Of a DNA stretch of 64,000 bases, positions 1 through 14,261 are shown in pieces. Under the pieces are notes generated by a model. It was not told the origin of the DNA and did no database searches. It saw nothing but the letters and a program-made list of their open reading frames with translations. Source of the stretch: Octopus bimaculoides. Lineage: Eukaryota. Positions within the stretch are counted from its first letter, which is position 1. Each line of letters opens with the position of its first letter. Made by a program: the position numbers and the translations under genes. The stretch covers positions 3,495,245 to 3,559,244 of the forward strand of contig NC_068988.1 in assembly GCF_001194135.2 (NCBI RefSeq), given 5' to 3'.

Positions 1-2399
1 AAAATGCTTAACATTAAAAAGTGTAAATAAAAGAGAGCAGGGATGCTGGAAGGTGATATAAAATTCAGGTCAGTTTTAAGTTAATAATTCTCTGTTTTGG
101 TATATGCTGCTCATAACATGTTTTTTAAACCAAATTAAAGTGAATGAATACTAACAGCAACAGAACATATTTTGAAGAAAATATTTTAAGTGACATGAAC
201 GCAAATCATAAATATGACTTGTAATAAATTGTTTTTAATGGACTTTTAATGTCAAGTTGTGCAGTAAACCTATATTACCATCATTAACTGGCATTGAATG
301 CTTTCTAAAGGTAAAAGAAAATATAAACATTGCATGAAATGACTAGTCATAAAATTCAAGAATGTGTCGCTTCTTATAATGTGTGGCAAACTGAAGGAAA
401 GCAGAGAGAGGATGGGGGAGATAAGGGTGGAGGATAGGAATAATATTAGACAGCACAAATAAATATGAACTATTTGTAAATTACAAAATAGGATTGACTA
501 TTTTTGATGTATTTAATTTTTATTGAACATTAAAAAAAAATTTAAGAATGAAAATACATAATTGTATGACAGAAAAATCTAAAGAATTTTCACCAAAAAA
601 AAAAAAACGAAAGTCAAAAATGGTTTGCTAAGAACAAGGAATTCTAATGCTGAGACATAAGTATTGTAATCTTTTGTAACATTTTCAGAAATTGAATTTC
701 TGATGGATATTCTTTTTGAAGCTTTTGTAATATTGGTTAGTTACCAAGTCAAGTTAACTCTAAAAGAGGAAATTATTTGCAACATAAATTTCAGAAGAAA
801 CCATTTTATATTCTGTTATTTTTATAATTACATGGTTTTAATTTTTTTTCTGTTTTTTCTTTTTAATGATTGAGTCAGAGAACGAAAGAAGCAATCAAGG
901 TTGTTTTAGAGTCATGAAGACTAGGAATTTAACCTCTAACCAGGCATCTTTTCTGAATCCCTACAAAGGACTGAACTCTATCAAAGATTCTCAAGGGCAG
1001 GTGGTGGTAGTAGTGGTGTTAAAGTGCCCCATAGATTAAGTCTTCTATCAAAGTAGTCTATGGTGAGATTCGAACACAGAATGCAAAGAACCAGAACAGA
1101 TACTGCAAGATGTATTTTCCACTGTTTTTATGGTTCTGCTAATCTGTTCTCTTGGATTGGTACATTTTTATCCGACCCAAAACGATGACCGATAAAGCTG
1201 ACCTTGGTGGAATTTGAAGTCAAACCACAGAAAGTAACCATGTACGGACTCCATCTTTGATAAACTGCTCTTCTACAAGACTGTAAAAGATATACACTAC
1301 CATCGCATGCTTTCTTAGATTTCTGTTATTAAACATACTGAAGGGGATCAACAAATTTGTACATTAGACATGAAAACATTGTCTTAGAAAAATTCTAAAT
1401 TGATCCTTAATGGAATTAAAGAAAATATCTGTTTATCTGAGCCCTAATACCCTTTCAAAGTTGTTAAAACATTGTTGAGTTTGAAATTGAGATAACAATG
1501 GTGTTATTTTAAATAAAAAATATTTATTTACAGTAAAAGTTTGAAAACTCAGATGTTTTAAGATGTTTATCAAGTTTATCTAAAGTCAGTAAACTCAATA
1601 AAAAGATAAAGTTCTCAGAGTAGAATATCGTAATTTGTAGTCAGAAACAAGAGAAATGTTATAATTCAGACATCCAAGACATGATGAAAGACCCTGAATG
1701 GTAATGTTAAATCTTTCTTCTTCATCCCTATTCACCAGTTTCTCATCCATACAAATTTACCTATTGCCAGTTCTATTCACTTCCCTATGGTGGTGATTGT
1801 GGTGGTGGTGGTGATGGTGGTACATCAGTAGGACCAGAAAAGCTATAGTTTCAACAAACTAAAGAACTTAGAAAAAACATCCCATAGAACCATAGTATCA
1901 ACAGAGATTATTTCTTTTAAAAAAACACATCTCAATTATTGTAATTGTTTTTTTCTAAAATAACCAAGGGTTTGTAACTAAACAGTTAATTATCTTTAAA
2001 TATATCATTACAAATATCAAATTACCATAATTAACTCCATCTTATAGCATAGTACTTTTCACGTGTAACACTTCTTATTTTTACTTTAAATGTTTATCAT
2101 TTATCTGATAACCTATAATTTTGACTGATCATAATGACTTTTTATTTGATATGAAATATAACCCGAATAGATTTTGCTGAATCTTTTCCATTGCTTCTTC
2201 CAGAAGAAATCTGAGGTCCAAAATCTTTCAAATGCTGAGAACATTACGAAATGATAGTAAAATATTGATTTATTAATAATATTCTTTAGTGGTGTTATCT
2301 ATATTTTTTGTCATAATTTGAATGCTATGCTTCCAAAGGGAAATAACCTAGTTTTGACTTTGTTGTTGATATCTAATGCAATGACTATATTGCAAGACT

Positions 2400-2930
2400 G
2401 CTTAGTCACCATTGTTGTAGGGTTGTGATGTCAGATGTATATGGTGTTGTTGACCATTGGTATATGGTCCAGCTAACTGTGAGCATAATAAATTAAGCAA
2501 CCTCATGAACTTTGAACTTTCAACATATTGCAGGATGTGATTTACTGCGTCAACTGTTTGCAAAAGAAAGTTGCTGATAATAGAACTGTGAAATGGGAGG
2601 AGACAACCGTGCAGTTTTTTGTAGGAGGCCAACTGTGGTACATCGAGTGTGAGTGTCTGAAGTAATCTCTTGCTCAAGGTGGTCTGGTCTTGTTAGTACC
2701 CAAGTTAATCTATGTGAATGCTTGAGGCCATCTGACTGAGTTGGGTGCCAAATGGTTGTTATAAGTAGTAAAGAGGACGAACTACAGATCATCTAAGGAG
2801 CCACATCGTGCCACATCCTCATGCTCATTGGTCAAGTTATATATCAATCAAGTGAAACTGTGGTGGCTCCCTCGTAATCCCCAACTGAATATCTGGCTGT
2901 TGGCATTGGAATTCTTATGACTAGTTTGTA
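2400..2930 (+). mobile_element. Probable DIRS-like retrotransposon remnant (RNase H / methyltransferase-like region)
   Basis: Ordered degenerate motifs GIWS, ADNRTV, ECLRPS, LMLIGQVI and VVAPS resemble the DIRS GxWS..LEL / xDNxTV / ADxLSR / LIxxVL..LxAPxW series. Recognised by eye only. Confidence 0.4.
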
Positions 2931-5091
2931 AATGCTATAGCAAAGACTTCCACTACCATACTGTTAATTTTGCTTATAATGTTTGCAGTCTTCTGTGAAT
3001 GTTTTTGTGATGATGAGTAGGTGTGAAGTATGTCTTTCAAGAACTTGGGATCAGTATATATATTATTACACCTGGCAGCATGTAAGAACAAACCAAGATG
3101 CAAACAAACCCTATCCTACAAGATTATTTAATTTGAAGGAACAACTGTATGTTGTAAAAACCATGAAGTAGCAGCATTGCCAAAAAAAGGATAAAGAAAC
3201 CTAAAACCAAGGAATTAAAACAGCAGCTGTATATAACAACGAGTTTAACTTCAGAACTAATTAATTCTATTAAGAATTCCTCGTTTTCATATTTCAATTT
3301 TAACATGATTGTTTTCGTACAATCTATAAAAGAGAATAAATTACAGAATCGCAGTTCTGAGTTGATTGACTTTCATTTTATATCTTGTTATAATTAATAT
3401 TTTATATGCAAAAGAGATGCATTCACATTTTCAATGTATCTAATGAGGAAACATCAACAGATTCAGCATAAAGACTAAATCTATTTGAATAAACTCTGAA
3501 TATAACAAGTTTCAAGATATAAATATTTGGTCGATAAGTACCAGAATACATGGAAAGTGGTATAAAGATATTGAGCCCAAACTGACAGCCTGGCTATCTT
3601 ATAAATGTAGAAATGGAGTGCTAACTCTGTGGGTTGTGGTTCTACATTATATTTAGTCATTTAGGTATGGTGTAGACAAGCTAATCAGATTTATTCAACC
3701 TCCAATGCCTGCTTTAAACTATGGTTAATCTCTTCCCCTAATCCACCTACTTCAGAATCTATAAACCCCTTCCTTAATTTGGTCCATCCCACACACAATT
3801 TGTAAACTATCAGCTTCAATAACCAATCTTTCTTCTCAATGAGTCAATAATTCAGCAAAAGAATAAGAATGATTATTGATAAATTGTCAACTAGAGATAT
3901 AGAAGAAACATTAGGAGTGACAGTGAATTGTAGAGTAGCAATGAAGAGCGTTATCTTTGTTTGATCATATAAAGAAACAAGTCTTTTATGTACCACAAAC
4001 TTCTTATCTCTTTACAAATACATTCTATTACTGACTGACAGTTGTCTCTATCTGTCTATTAATACCTGTAAATTTAGTTAATCTTAATTACATTTCTAAC
4101 ATCAGATCAATCATCTGATATCTTTTAGAAATATGTTCAGATGAGGTTTCCTCTAAACTGTCCAAGTGTCATCAGAAATATAATATTGAAACAGATGTCC
4201 ATGCATCATTTTTCTCTGATTAAAGAAATGCTGAGGAATATCTTTGCCATCCTTTCTTTAATCAGTTCTTCATCAGAACATGAAATATTATCGTTGCAAC
4301 ATGATAAGTCTATATTTTGATAAAGTGAAAATAACTGATAATGTATCTAGGTTAGTTTCTTATATGTCTGAAATATTTTATATTAGATGTTACTATCTAA
4401 AATATAGTTCCATTCATGGTTCTGGATCAATAAGAATTATCCATTGCGAGTTATAAAGCTAGCGGAATAAATTTACAAATTAATTCCATTTAGGAGGTTA
4501 AATGGCTAACATTACTCAATGTGTAACAACAATATATGTTCTGATCATAAGTTATAAGGCTAAGGTATTTAGTAAGGTTTCACAAATCTATGATATTTAA
4601 CAGGAATAGAAAGGTTTATTAAGCAGAATTAAGTGAAACTTGGTGTCTTGGTATGTTCACTATATTTTCCTTGACTAAAATATTTCACAATGTATCATAG
4701 TAAAGATGTTGTTTCATTATTTCGTAAGAAATAAGTAGACAGAAGAAGCAAGATATTCTTAGCTAGAACCATGGAATGGTAGAATAATATGAAAAAAAAA
4801 GACCAGGTACCATGTTTTAAAAATGTAAACTTAAAGTCTGGAATGTTTATAAAGGATTTCTCCCATGCACAATAGAAAAAACACCTGACTGCATCTGTTT
4901 ATTCCATTTAAATGAATTCAACAAAATCCATTTTTTCTTCTTACCTTCATTCAATTTCCAAAACAGTTTTGTAATCAATTTATTGTCCAATACTTCTTAA
5001 TCATTACTCTAACAAGGATTCCTTTCCAATACATTGAACTAACCTTAGCGAATTATTTTCTTTTCTCAGTGTTAAAATACCATGTGGGTGC

Positions 5092-5137
<46 letters not shown>

Positions 5138-5994
5138 ATGATGATGATGATGATATATATATATATATATGTGTGTGTATGTGTGTGTGTGGAAAAAAAG
5201 TGAAGGTAGAAAATGCTAAAATAATTTTATAAAAAACATTTCAGTACTGGTTTCAGTCACTGAGACTTTTTCAACTGTAAGCATGGAAAACAATTAAATT
5301 TTGGAAAAATTAAAAGAAAAGTTTTTTAAAAGAATATTTGCATAGTATTCNNNNNNNNNNNNNNNNNNNNNNNNNNNNNNNNNNNNNNNNNNNNNNNNNN
5401 NNNNNNNNNNNNNNNNNNNNNNNNNNNNNNNNNNNNNNNNNNNNNNNNNNNNNNNNNNNNNNNNNNNNNNNNNNNNNNNNNNNNNNNNNNNNNNNNNNNN
5501 NNNNNNNNNNNNNNNNNNNNNNNNNNNNNNNNNNNNNNNNNNNNNNNNNNNNNNNNNNAGGAGGAGGAGGAGGAGGAGAAGAAGAAGAAGAAGAAGAAGA
5601 AGAAGAATCTTCTTAAAGGTGACATTTTTGGGTTTGACAGAATTTATAGAGGCAGATATTCTACAGATGGATACTCTTCCAGTTGCCAACCCTCATCTGT
5701 GATCAAGTAAAGTAATAGTCCCCTGGTTTATTGCACAACAAACAGCCCAGACACAAATGTGAGCCTTTTGTTTACTAAGAACATGCAACATATTCAGATT
5801 TCAAGAATTTCAGACTTGATCAGAAAATTCCGGTCATGTTTTGGTTATCTGTTAACCTTCATCTTCATGGTACCTGCCGAAGTAGTAATGAGAGAAGTCC
5901 TAAATATATATTCGTTGGTGTTGGAAAATAGAATTGTTTAGAGAATGAATAATTCAGCAATGCTATGTGCCTCAAAACCAAAATGTCCACTACA

Positions 5995-6175
5995 TTAACC
6001 ATATTTTTACCAAATTTCTGCTGAAATAAACTGCTTTTGTTTCAATGACTTTTGAAAATAATGAAGAATTTATTGAAATAATTTTGTTGTTTGGAACATA
6101 CATTAACCCGAAATTTTGATAGAAAGTCTGAATTTAAATTATTTTAAAACAGGATGTCTGTATCATAGCACCAAA
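5995..6175 (+). mobile_element. AT-rich interspersed repeat starting at TTAA (possible piggyBac-type MITE fragment)
   Basis: Homologous to the reverse complement of 26520-26706, including an exact ttttgaaaataatgaagaatttat. Both copies start with ttaac. Confidence 0.5.
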
Positions 6176-8044
6176 GTTGGTCTTTGGCAGATCGGTGCCA
6201 CAAGGGTTACATATGCTAATACTAACTTACCAATTGTTTTTCTTATGGCTGACATGTCTGAATTATTTGTTTCTTATAAATAATTCCATTTCCCTCTGCC
6301 AACCAATATATAATCTTGTATATTTTACTTAGTGATTCTTTTATCACTACTTTGGTAAGTGCTGTGAATGAAACATTATGGAGATTTGATAGGTTTGATT
6401 GATTGAAGTCAAAATAATCCTGACACATATCTGGAATTATCTCCCATGTTTGTCAGGGAAATCAGAAATAATCTTAGTCATTGGTTAATATAGTTATTTT
6501 ATCCCACTACATAATTATTTTTGGTTAGCTTCTTTAATCCTCAGAACATTAAATATACTAACTTAACAATTAAATTAAATCCATATATTTAGGCAAATGA
6601 AAAGCATTTGTAAGTTTGCATGATTCACTCAAGGTTTTCAGAACAAGCGTCATTTTCAATCACTTTAGATCCATTTAAGCACCACTATAACAGGCTCAGG
6701 ATATCTTTTCACTGTAAAATATCACTGATGACAGAAGATTTGATGCCTTTACATTGAATTCCAATTATATTAATGTCTGTTTATCCCTCCCCAAATCCTA
6801 GAATGTGCAGTCACTTACGGTGTGCCACATAGCTTCCATGTTGAATTTTGTTGCATGTTGCCAAATGGGGAAGTTTTCTTTTGCTTATAACAATCAGCAA
6901 AGAATAAACAACATTTTGTGCCGAGTTGAGCAAATCTTCATAGAAAATGAGAACTAGTTAATGCACATTAACATGATTAACTGCAATTTGAAAGTCTATT
7001 AAGTGTATATGAGAAACAAGTTGTTTGATTTGGCACAAAAAGGAAATAAAGCCAAGACAATCCGAAAAATATAGAAATACAAGAGGAAATTAAATTATTG
7101 AAATAATTTTGCAATTTCCGTAAGTGGCAAATATTTATGAATAATTTTAAAATGAAAATTGGAAGCACCATTCTTGAACATATAAATTTATCCTTCAAAC
7201 TTATAACCTTCTTAAAATCATCCAATGACATCACATGTCAAACTGATTGTCGCATTGCTATTGATTACTAAATTCTTAGAATCACTCAATTCTGTTAATT
7301 TTCATGCCCATTCTCACTATTTTGCTTTGGTTCCTGAAAGTATCAGAGCTAACCACCAATCCGGTAACAATAACTCCTTCCATAATTGTTACAGTTAGTT
7401 CCCTCCACCTTTTATTCTTCAGCTGTTGTCAGATATCCCTACTGTATTCATTTTAAGTCTATAGAAATATTCATTTATTCATAAAATCCGATCATTATAT
7501 CTTCATTATGAATGTCGGAGCCCACCGAGACACAGCTTAACTGAAAATCATGGAATTTTCTACAAAATATTTTGTCTTTCTCTTTTCAATTCTTTTAGGA
7601 CTAAATGCAGTGAATAGCTATTGTTATTTGTAATATGTTGGAGTTGTTGTATTGTTTTGTTATGTCTCCTCCTCTCCTCCGCACATAATCATCAACAACA
7701 GCAGCAACAATATCATTACAATTATTTTGTCATTTAGTTTGTTATATCAATATTTTTCTTTGTGTGTGTGTGTGTTATACCAGATCAGATTATTATAATC
7801 AATCTTAAAATACATTCTGAAACTCTAAATATACTGTAACAAATGACTTTTGCATGAATATTTCTTGTGATTGGACTGGGCTTTAGGGAAAGACTGTTGG
7901 CTATAAATATAAGGAGTTAATTTAGTTTTAACAGATTTAATATAGGAAACATTAAAAGGATAACTAGAAATATGCATAAACAATGAGGAAAATAACAATA
8001 CCAGTCAATGATTAATATTATTTGTTTTTATCATCATCATTATC

Positions 8045-9000
8045 ATCATAATCATCATCATTTAATGTCCCCTTTCCATTCTAGCATGGTTTGGACAGTT
8101 TGACAGGGAGCCAGTAAGCTGCGGAGCTGTATCAGGCTCCAATGCCATCTCTGGCATGGTTTCTACACCTGGATGCCTTTCTTAATGCCAACCACTCTGC
8201 AGAGTGTATTGGGTACTTTTTATGTGTTGCTGACACAAGTGAAGTTGCCATAAAATTTGCAAGACAGAAAAGAAAGGGAAAAAGTCCCCATGACTGAGAG
8301 GAGGAATTTGTAAGGGGAAGGTGGAGGTGAGTGGCTTTGGTTTTATGCCAGGTGTTAAGAGTCTGATAGAGAGACAAGTACAGGTGTCTTTCTATAGAGG
8401 AGAAACATGGAGAAAGGAGATCAAATGAAGGTAGTGATGGGATGCAAGAGCAAACCCTCAGAGTACAAGAAGATGAGTGTAAGAGGGGACATGGAAAGTG
8501 GTTCATGGGAGGGGATGAAAGTGTGTGGGTGCTTTCATAGGAGTGTGAAAGGGGAGGAAAACGGTGGAGGTAGAAATTAGAGGTTAATTTAATGAGTGAT
8601 GAGCAAGGGTTAAGGTGCAGGTGATAGGAAATACCTGTATGAGGGAGGGCTAAGGTAGGAAATTCGTTCAAGAAGGAGAGAATAGAACTGGAAGTATGTA
8701 CAAGGTGTAGGCGCATTGGAAAAGGGAGATATAGGGGCTACAGTAGGTGGGTAGGTCATGATGGTAGATATGGGAGGGCATTGGGAATGGAAGCAGATAA
8801 GAGTGGTGTTTAAAATGGATTATGGCAGAGGAGAGAAAGAGATGGGAGGGGGGCAGTGGTTGAAAGTACAGAAGTAAGAATGACTGGTTGAAACAGTGTG
8901 GACAGGGATTATAAGGTATGTGGGAGATTGTAAGGGCGGGGATGGGGTGTGATATGTGCTGGTTCTGCTCTCAGGTGATTACAGCTGCTGAGCAGTTCCC
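8045..9000 (-). mobile_element. Non-autonomous retroelement: pyrimidine-rich body, conserved box and RTE-type 3' tail
   Basis: 8045-8250 is the RTE/SINE tail. The box acaggtgtctttctatagaggagaaacatgg (~8380-8410) recurs at ~17380 and ~22965. The rest is purine-rich on the + strand. Confidence 0.55.
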
Positions 9001-9349
9001 CAAATGGAGGTTTTAGGGTATCATTTGGGTTGTAATGGATGCATCTTCTTGAGCACAGCAAAATGCCAATCATCTCAGTTCTTTGCCATCTCCTCTATAA
9101 GGCTGAGCATCTTGAGATCAGCCTTCAGTACTTTGTCCCATGTCTTCCTGGGTTTCCAACATACAAACACATACATGTATGCACACACACACATGCAAGT
9201 GGCAAACAATTTGTATCATTTAGTATACACATGATATCTCAGTTTTATTCTAACTTCCCCTGTGAAGCAAACCCTTCACTGTATATACAGAAAAAATTGT
9301 GTGTGTGTGTTTGATTATAAAAATAGTATTGTTTAGAGATTGAATAATT

Positions 9350-9915
9350 AAAAGATGCCAGCAGTATGAAAAGGAAGTGCCAAATAGCCTCTTTTGGAAC
9401 ATTGTTAGAGAAGTGATGAGAAGTTTGAACTACTATTCATACATACAAAGGTGCCATCGTCTTCTATGCATGAAAAGACATAAAGAGCTGCAGAACATTT
9501 TCAATTTTTAAATAACATTTATGAAGAAGTTGTTCTACTAATAACTGCGAGCAAAGATTCTAACATCTTGCAAAAATACATTTCACAATTAATCAAATAT
9601 AAATAATGTAACACTTGTTACTTGATGAGGCCAATACCATGTGTCTCAGTCTTATCATCAGGAACAGAGAAATACAGCTGACAGAGCCTGCCTGACAAAT
9701 AAGGGACAATATCCCAGCAAGAACAGCAATGGCATCGTCACCAGCTGTTGAGAAGAAACCAATAGGTAGAGCAAAGAAAACCTGGAGAGACCAACCTTAA
9801 ATGATGACTTGAGCTGCTGTGGCACAAACTGGTTCCAAGCTCCAGCCCTTGCCAAAGACAGAGAAAAATGGAGAAGCATGGTGGCCTGTTGTCATGAGGC
9901 AGGAGGAACCAGATG
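9350..9915 (+). mobile_element. RTE-like LINE 3' fragment (a different family)
   Basis: DNIPARTAMASSPAVEKKPIGRAKKTWR, then DDLSCCGTNWFQAPALAKDREKWRSMVACC, i.e. the GRPxKTW / xDRxxWR C-terminal motifs. Confidence 0.65.
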
Positions 9916-11135
9916 ACCAGATCAATTATTGTAGATCTATTTTACCAACCATACCTAACAGACAGTGAATAATATCAGGACAAACAACAAAAATAATTCT
10001 AATATGGTTTTTTTTATACTTCTTTTATTTTTTTAAATTAAGATTAAGTTCTGTCTTAAGATTAAGATTAAGTTCTGTATGTGGGCTAAGCATAATCTTG
10101 ATGGAAGAACACCTTTCGTCTTGAAACCAAAAATATACTGAAAAAAATAACTGTTAAAATTGAACTGCACTCTTCAAAACTTGCACTAAGAATAAGGACA
10201 AGGTAAAATTACTACATACTTTTATAGCAAGTTGATGCAGGTAGTTTATCCCATCCCCCTCTGACTTTCAGTTCATGCAATTGAAAAAATTGCATTATCT
10301 ATGGGATGACCCAATAGATGTGAAACAAATCCTCCCTGGATAAGAAGTCAGTTTATGGCCAGTAACTCTCCTATGAGAAGCAGTATGACATAATGCCAGC
10401 TACAAACCAACAAAACTGCTATTTTACAATGCTAATGCTGCTTGCATTAACAAACCTTGACCTACTGAAAAGGGTCATTTAGAGTTGCATTGGCCGTGTG
10501 CACAGCATAAAATCGGTTACAAGACATGAAGAATCAGCACCTCATTGTTTAATGATGAATGTGATGATACTCTGCTGTTTAATGACAATGAGAATAGGGA
10601 GAATTAGGATGTTAATGATCAGGATAATTATTATAATGAAGTCAATGATAGAAATGAAAATAACAATACATTGGTCCTAATAATGATTCTATTATTGATT
10701 GATATAATTTGGCAAATAAACTGAACTTGCAGAAATACACACACACACACACACATTCAAACACTTAAACACAGTGAGTGCTAATGAGATACTCATATAT
10801 GCATGTGTTGTTGCTGCTGTTGATGATGGTGATGTTGTTGCCATTGTTCTTTTTATATTGTACCTTTTTGTTGTTTTGATTTCTAGAAATGTGTTCATCA
10901 GAAAACAGTTATAAGAATAAAAAGGTAGACGTCTGCCTTTTGTCGTTTATCTAGCATTAATGAGTCCTTATATAGTATTGTTACTTTTACAACATTAATC
11001 AGAGCTTGAAGAAAGGCATGAATGTAACAGCCATCACTGCATCCTCCTCATCATTAAAAAGATAAGTCAGCTATACATCAATAAGCAGCTAAGCATTCAT
11101 TTCTGAAGAATGTGAAACGGGTTGATATTTATGTA

Positions 11136-11424
11136 GTGTGGCTGGGTGGTGAGAATTTTGCTTCCGAACCATGTGGTTCTGGGTTCAGTTCTCAGGCCAA
11201 CCAAAACCTTGTTAATGGAATTGGTAGAAGCATGTCATGTGTGTGTGTATGTGTTTCCTCCATCACCACCACCACCACCACTTGACAACCGGTGTCAGTG
11301 CGTTTACATCTCCATAACTTAGTCGTTCAACGACAGAGGCTGACAGAATAAGTACCAGGCTTTATGAGTAAAATGTCCTGGAATTCAATTCATTCGACTA
11401 AAATTCTTCAAGGTAGTGCCCAGC
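11136..11424 (+). mobile_element. tRNA-head SINE (internally deleted)
   Basis: tRNA-like head with box B-like gggttcagttc; body cttgacaaccggtgtc..cataacttag..aataagtaccaggc, shared with 29290-29433 and 59790-59860. Confidence 0.7.
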
Positions 11425-11527
11425 ACACACACACACACACACACACACTCGTATGCCAGCATGGAAAACAGATGTTAAATGATGATGATGATCATGATAT
11501 ATATATATATGTATGTATGTATATATA

Positions 11528-11725
11528 ACAGGCTTCTTTCAATTTCCATTTACAAAATTCACTCTGTCAGGGATTCTTTCAGTTTCCATCCACGAAATCC
11601 ACTCACAAGGCCTTGGTTGATCTGGGGCAATAGTAGAAGACACTTGCCCGAGGTGTCACACAGTGGGACTGAACCTAGAACCATGTAGTTGAGAAGAAAA
11701 CTTACCACACAGCCATGCCTGTGCC
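11528..11725 (-). mobile_element. tRNA-head SINE, 5' half
   Basis: Reverse complement of ..gttcagtcccactgtgtgacacctcgggcaagtgtcttctact..ccttgtgagtggatt..gaaagaagcc. Confidence 0.8.
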
Positions 11726-12514
11726 TGTTTGAGATAAAATGGCAATTTCTTCACGAATAAGCTCAGTATTCTTAAAGCCACTTATACCACAAATAGGCAT
11801 CCTTCACTGTACACTCGACAACTTATTTTGGAGTCTCACCCTCTGGGTAGTTACATTGTTGCTTGGTTCTTGATGGCTTCCAGCAAACTCATTTTCCTAT
11901 TTTCAAGACTTCTCAAGCTAACAAATTTCAGGATTTGTCTGTTGAAAGCTCTTTCATGTTTGGCTTTTCATCTCTCCATAAAGTAACATATATCGTTTGC
12001 ATCAAATATTTTCAGTATTATTTTTTATAGAATCTATCAGTTGATTCTTCATAACCACAGAAACAATACTCCAATCATTTTTAGCATATAAAACTAAATT
12101 TTCATTTTGTTTTCTACATACAGCTCAATCTTCATAATTTTTCTATAAAATTTTTGCCATAAGAAACTACATCACTTATTTCTCAGATAAACACACACAT
12201 ATTTTGTTGTCATTTTTCTTGCCAACCAAACTAATATATTATTTCTATTTCGATCCAATTAATAATTTTTGCACTACACCAAACAGCCCTCATTACCCAA
12301 AATTTAATTAAATCAGAAAAGTTTTTGCAGCATTAATTTCGTTTTTAAACACAAATTTTATCATTTCTCATGTATATTTTCTCATCTTTGCTTCAGTTAC
12401 CTGATTTAACACTTCAATTTCATTTCATTTCATTCAAAACCTAGTTTCATTCTTTCTTATGCAATTCAGATGTTTGGAGTTTTCTTTCTTCTTTAATATT
12501 AAACATAAGAAAAC

Positions 12515-12612
12515 ATAGGTGCAAGTGTGGTAAGAAGTTTGCTTCCCAACTATATAGCTCTGGATTCAGTCCCACTGCATGGCACCTTGGGCAAGTGTCT
12601 TCTACTGTAGGA
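12515..12612 (+). mobile_element. tRNA-head SINE 5' fragment
   Basis: gtggtaagaagtttgcttcccaac..ggattcagtcccactgcatggcaccttgggcaagtgtcttctact. Confidence 0.8.
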
Positions 12613-13120
12613 TCAGTATATATATATATATATATATATATATNNNNNNNNNNNNNNNNNNNNNNNNNNNNNNNNNNNNNNNNNNNNNNNNNNNNNNNNN
12701 NNNNNNNNNNNNNNNTAAAAACAAACCTGCCTTTAGTTAATCATGTACGACACTTCATGGTTAAGAATATAAAACTATTCTTTTCCAATCATCAGCATGA
12801 TGTACGATAAATCCGAAAATGTCTATATACTCATGGGAATTTGACCATGCGACATCAAAATCACATGAGGAAAGGCATTCACAAAATTTATCGGCTAGTA
12901 AGTTCATTAATATCACCATCCGTTAGAGAAAAAATTGTAGTTTAGAATCAGTAGTTCTTAGACTGCTATTTCTAAATTTTCAGTATGTTGGTGAAGCAAC
13001 TTATGCTGACCCCTATATATTTATGATTATAAATGGTTTTACCGATAAAGGTTTTTTTCATACTGAACTACTTGGCAAAATTGTTAATTTTATTACTAAT
13101 TGGCAATTTCCTGCCCTCTA

Positions 13121-13178
<58 letters not shown>

Positions 13179-13257
13179 TGATCTATTTCTAGCATAATGG
13201 ATGTCCACTTAGTGGTTATCCTTTCTTATATGTATATATGTATATATGTATATATTT

Positions 13258-13495
13258 ATGCGTGTGTCCCCTCCACTGCTTGACAACTAGTCTTGGTGTG
13301 CTTAGGAGCACATAACTTAGCAGCATAACACAGAATGTGACAAGGCTGGTCCCTTTTGAATTACAGGTACAATTCAATTTGGTCAATTGAATGGACTGGA
13401 GCAACATAAAATAAAGTGTCTTGCCCAAGGACACTGCCAGGAATTGAACTCACAGTCTTACAATTGTGAGCCAAATACCTTTACCCACTAAGCTC
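13258..13495. mobile_element. SINE fragments (body on +, tRNA-like head on -)
   Basis: cttgacaactagtcttggtgtg..cataacttagc body, then gtgtcttgcccaaggacac..ggaattgaactcac, the reverse complement of a tRNA-like head. Confidence 0.6.
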
Positions 13496-14228
13496 TGTAT
13501 CTTCGCTATGAAGACACACACACAAACATACATACAAAATACATATACAAACAAGCACTTATATATGTCTGATAAGCCCCCACACTGTCTACCAAATTTT
13601 AATCATGAAATTTCAATGAACCCACAGTTAGATACTTGCTTAAGGTGTTGAGCTGTTTAAGGTTCAAACTGAGAACTAAACTGCTGTAAATTTGTTCACC
13701 ATTCACCTATCCTTGTATACATACACCCAGACGAACCTCTCCAACACACTCACAAGACTAGCATTGTGTATAGGATATCACAGATGAAATAGCGTAAGAA
13801 TAATACAGATCATATCTCAGGCTTACAAATTGAAAGACATTGTGAATGAATGAAAATCAAAGGTGAATGAACAGCAAGTATTTATAATTGTGATGCTAAT
13901 TTTTCTGTGCTTTTAGAATAAATATTTAGTGAATACAAGTTTCTAAATTAATGCTATAACAGTTCTTGATAAAATCAATAAGTATTTATTATCAAATTTA
14001 ATAATAGCACTCCAAGATTAAATGAAGGTACAGTAATGGATTTGATACTGTAACACATAGGGGAGGGCATTAGCTGCTGCTGTGTGGTTAACAAGTTGTT
14101 CTATAAACACAGGATTCAGCTTAGTTTCCAGTGAACAGCAGCTTGAGAGAATGTCTTTCACTATAACCTTTTGCTACTGGCTAAAATTTTGGGAATAGAG
14201 TTTAGCGGATGGAAATTGTGCAGAAGCC

Positions 14229-14261
<33 letters not shown>

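Noticed and set aside
4195-4281. 13-bp inverted repeat (4216-4228 / 4253-4265) with minus-strand CTGATGA and GAAA around it, resembling a hammerhead
   Set aside because: Unpaired AGAA separates the core from stem II, stem III does not form, and position 17 would be G, which is not cleavable. Likely chance in AT-rich DNA.
6817-6945. Minus-strand open segment ending at a strong GTAAGT donor, reading ..STWKLCGT, like a kinase activation loop (TWTLCGT)
   Set aside because: No DFG upstream, two frames are open, and no other kinase exons were found.
8132-8716. 194-aa ORF, and the similar ORFs at 17301-17864
   Set aside because: Low-complexity L/S/P/H translations of pyrimidine-rich repeat bodies.
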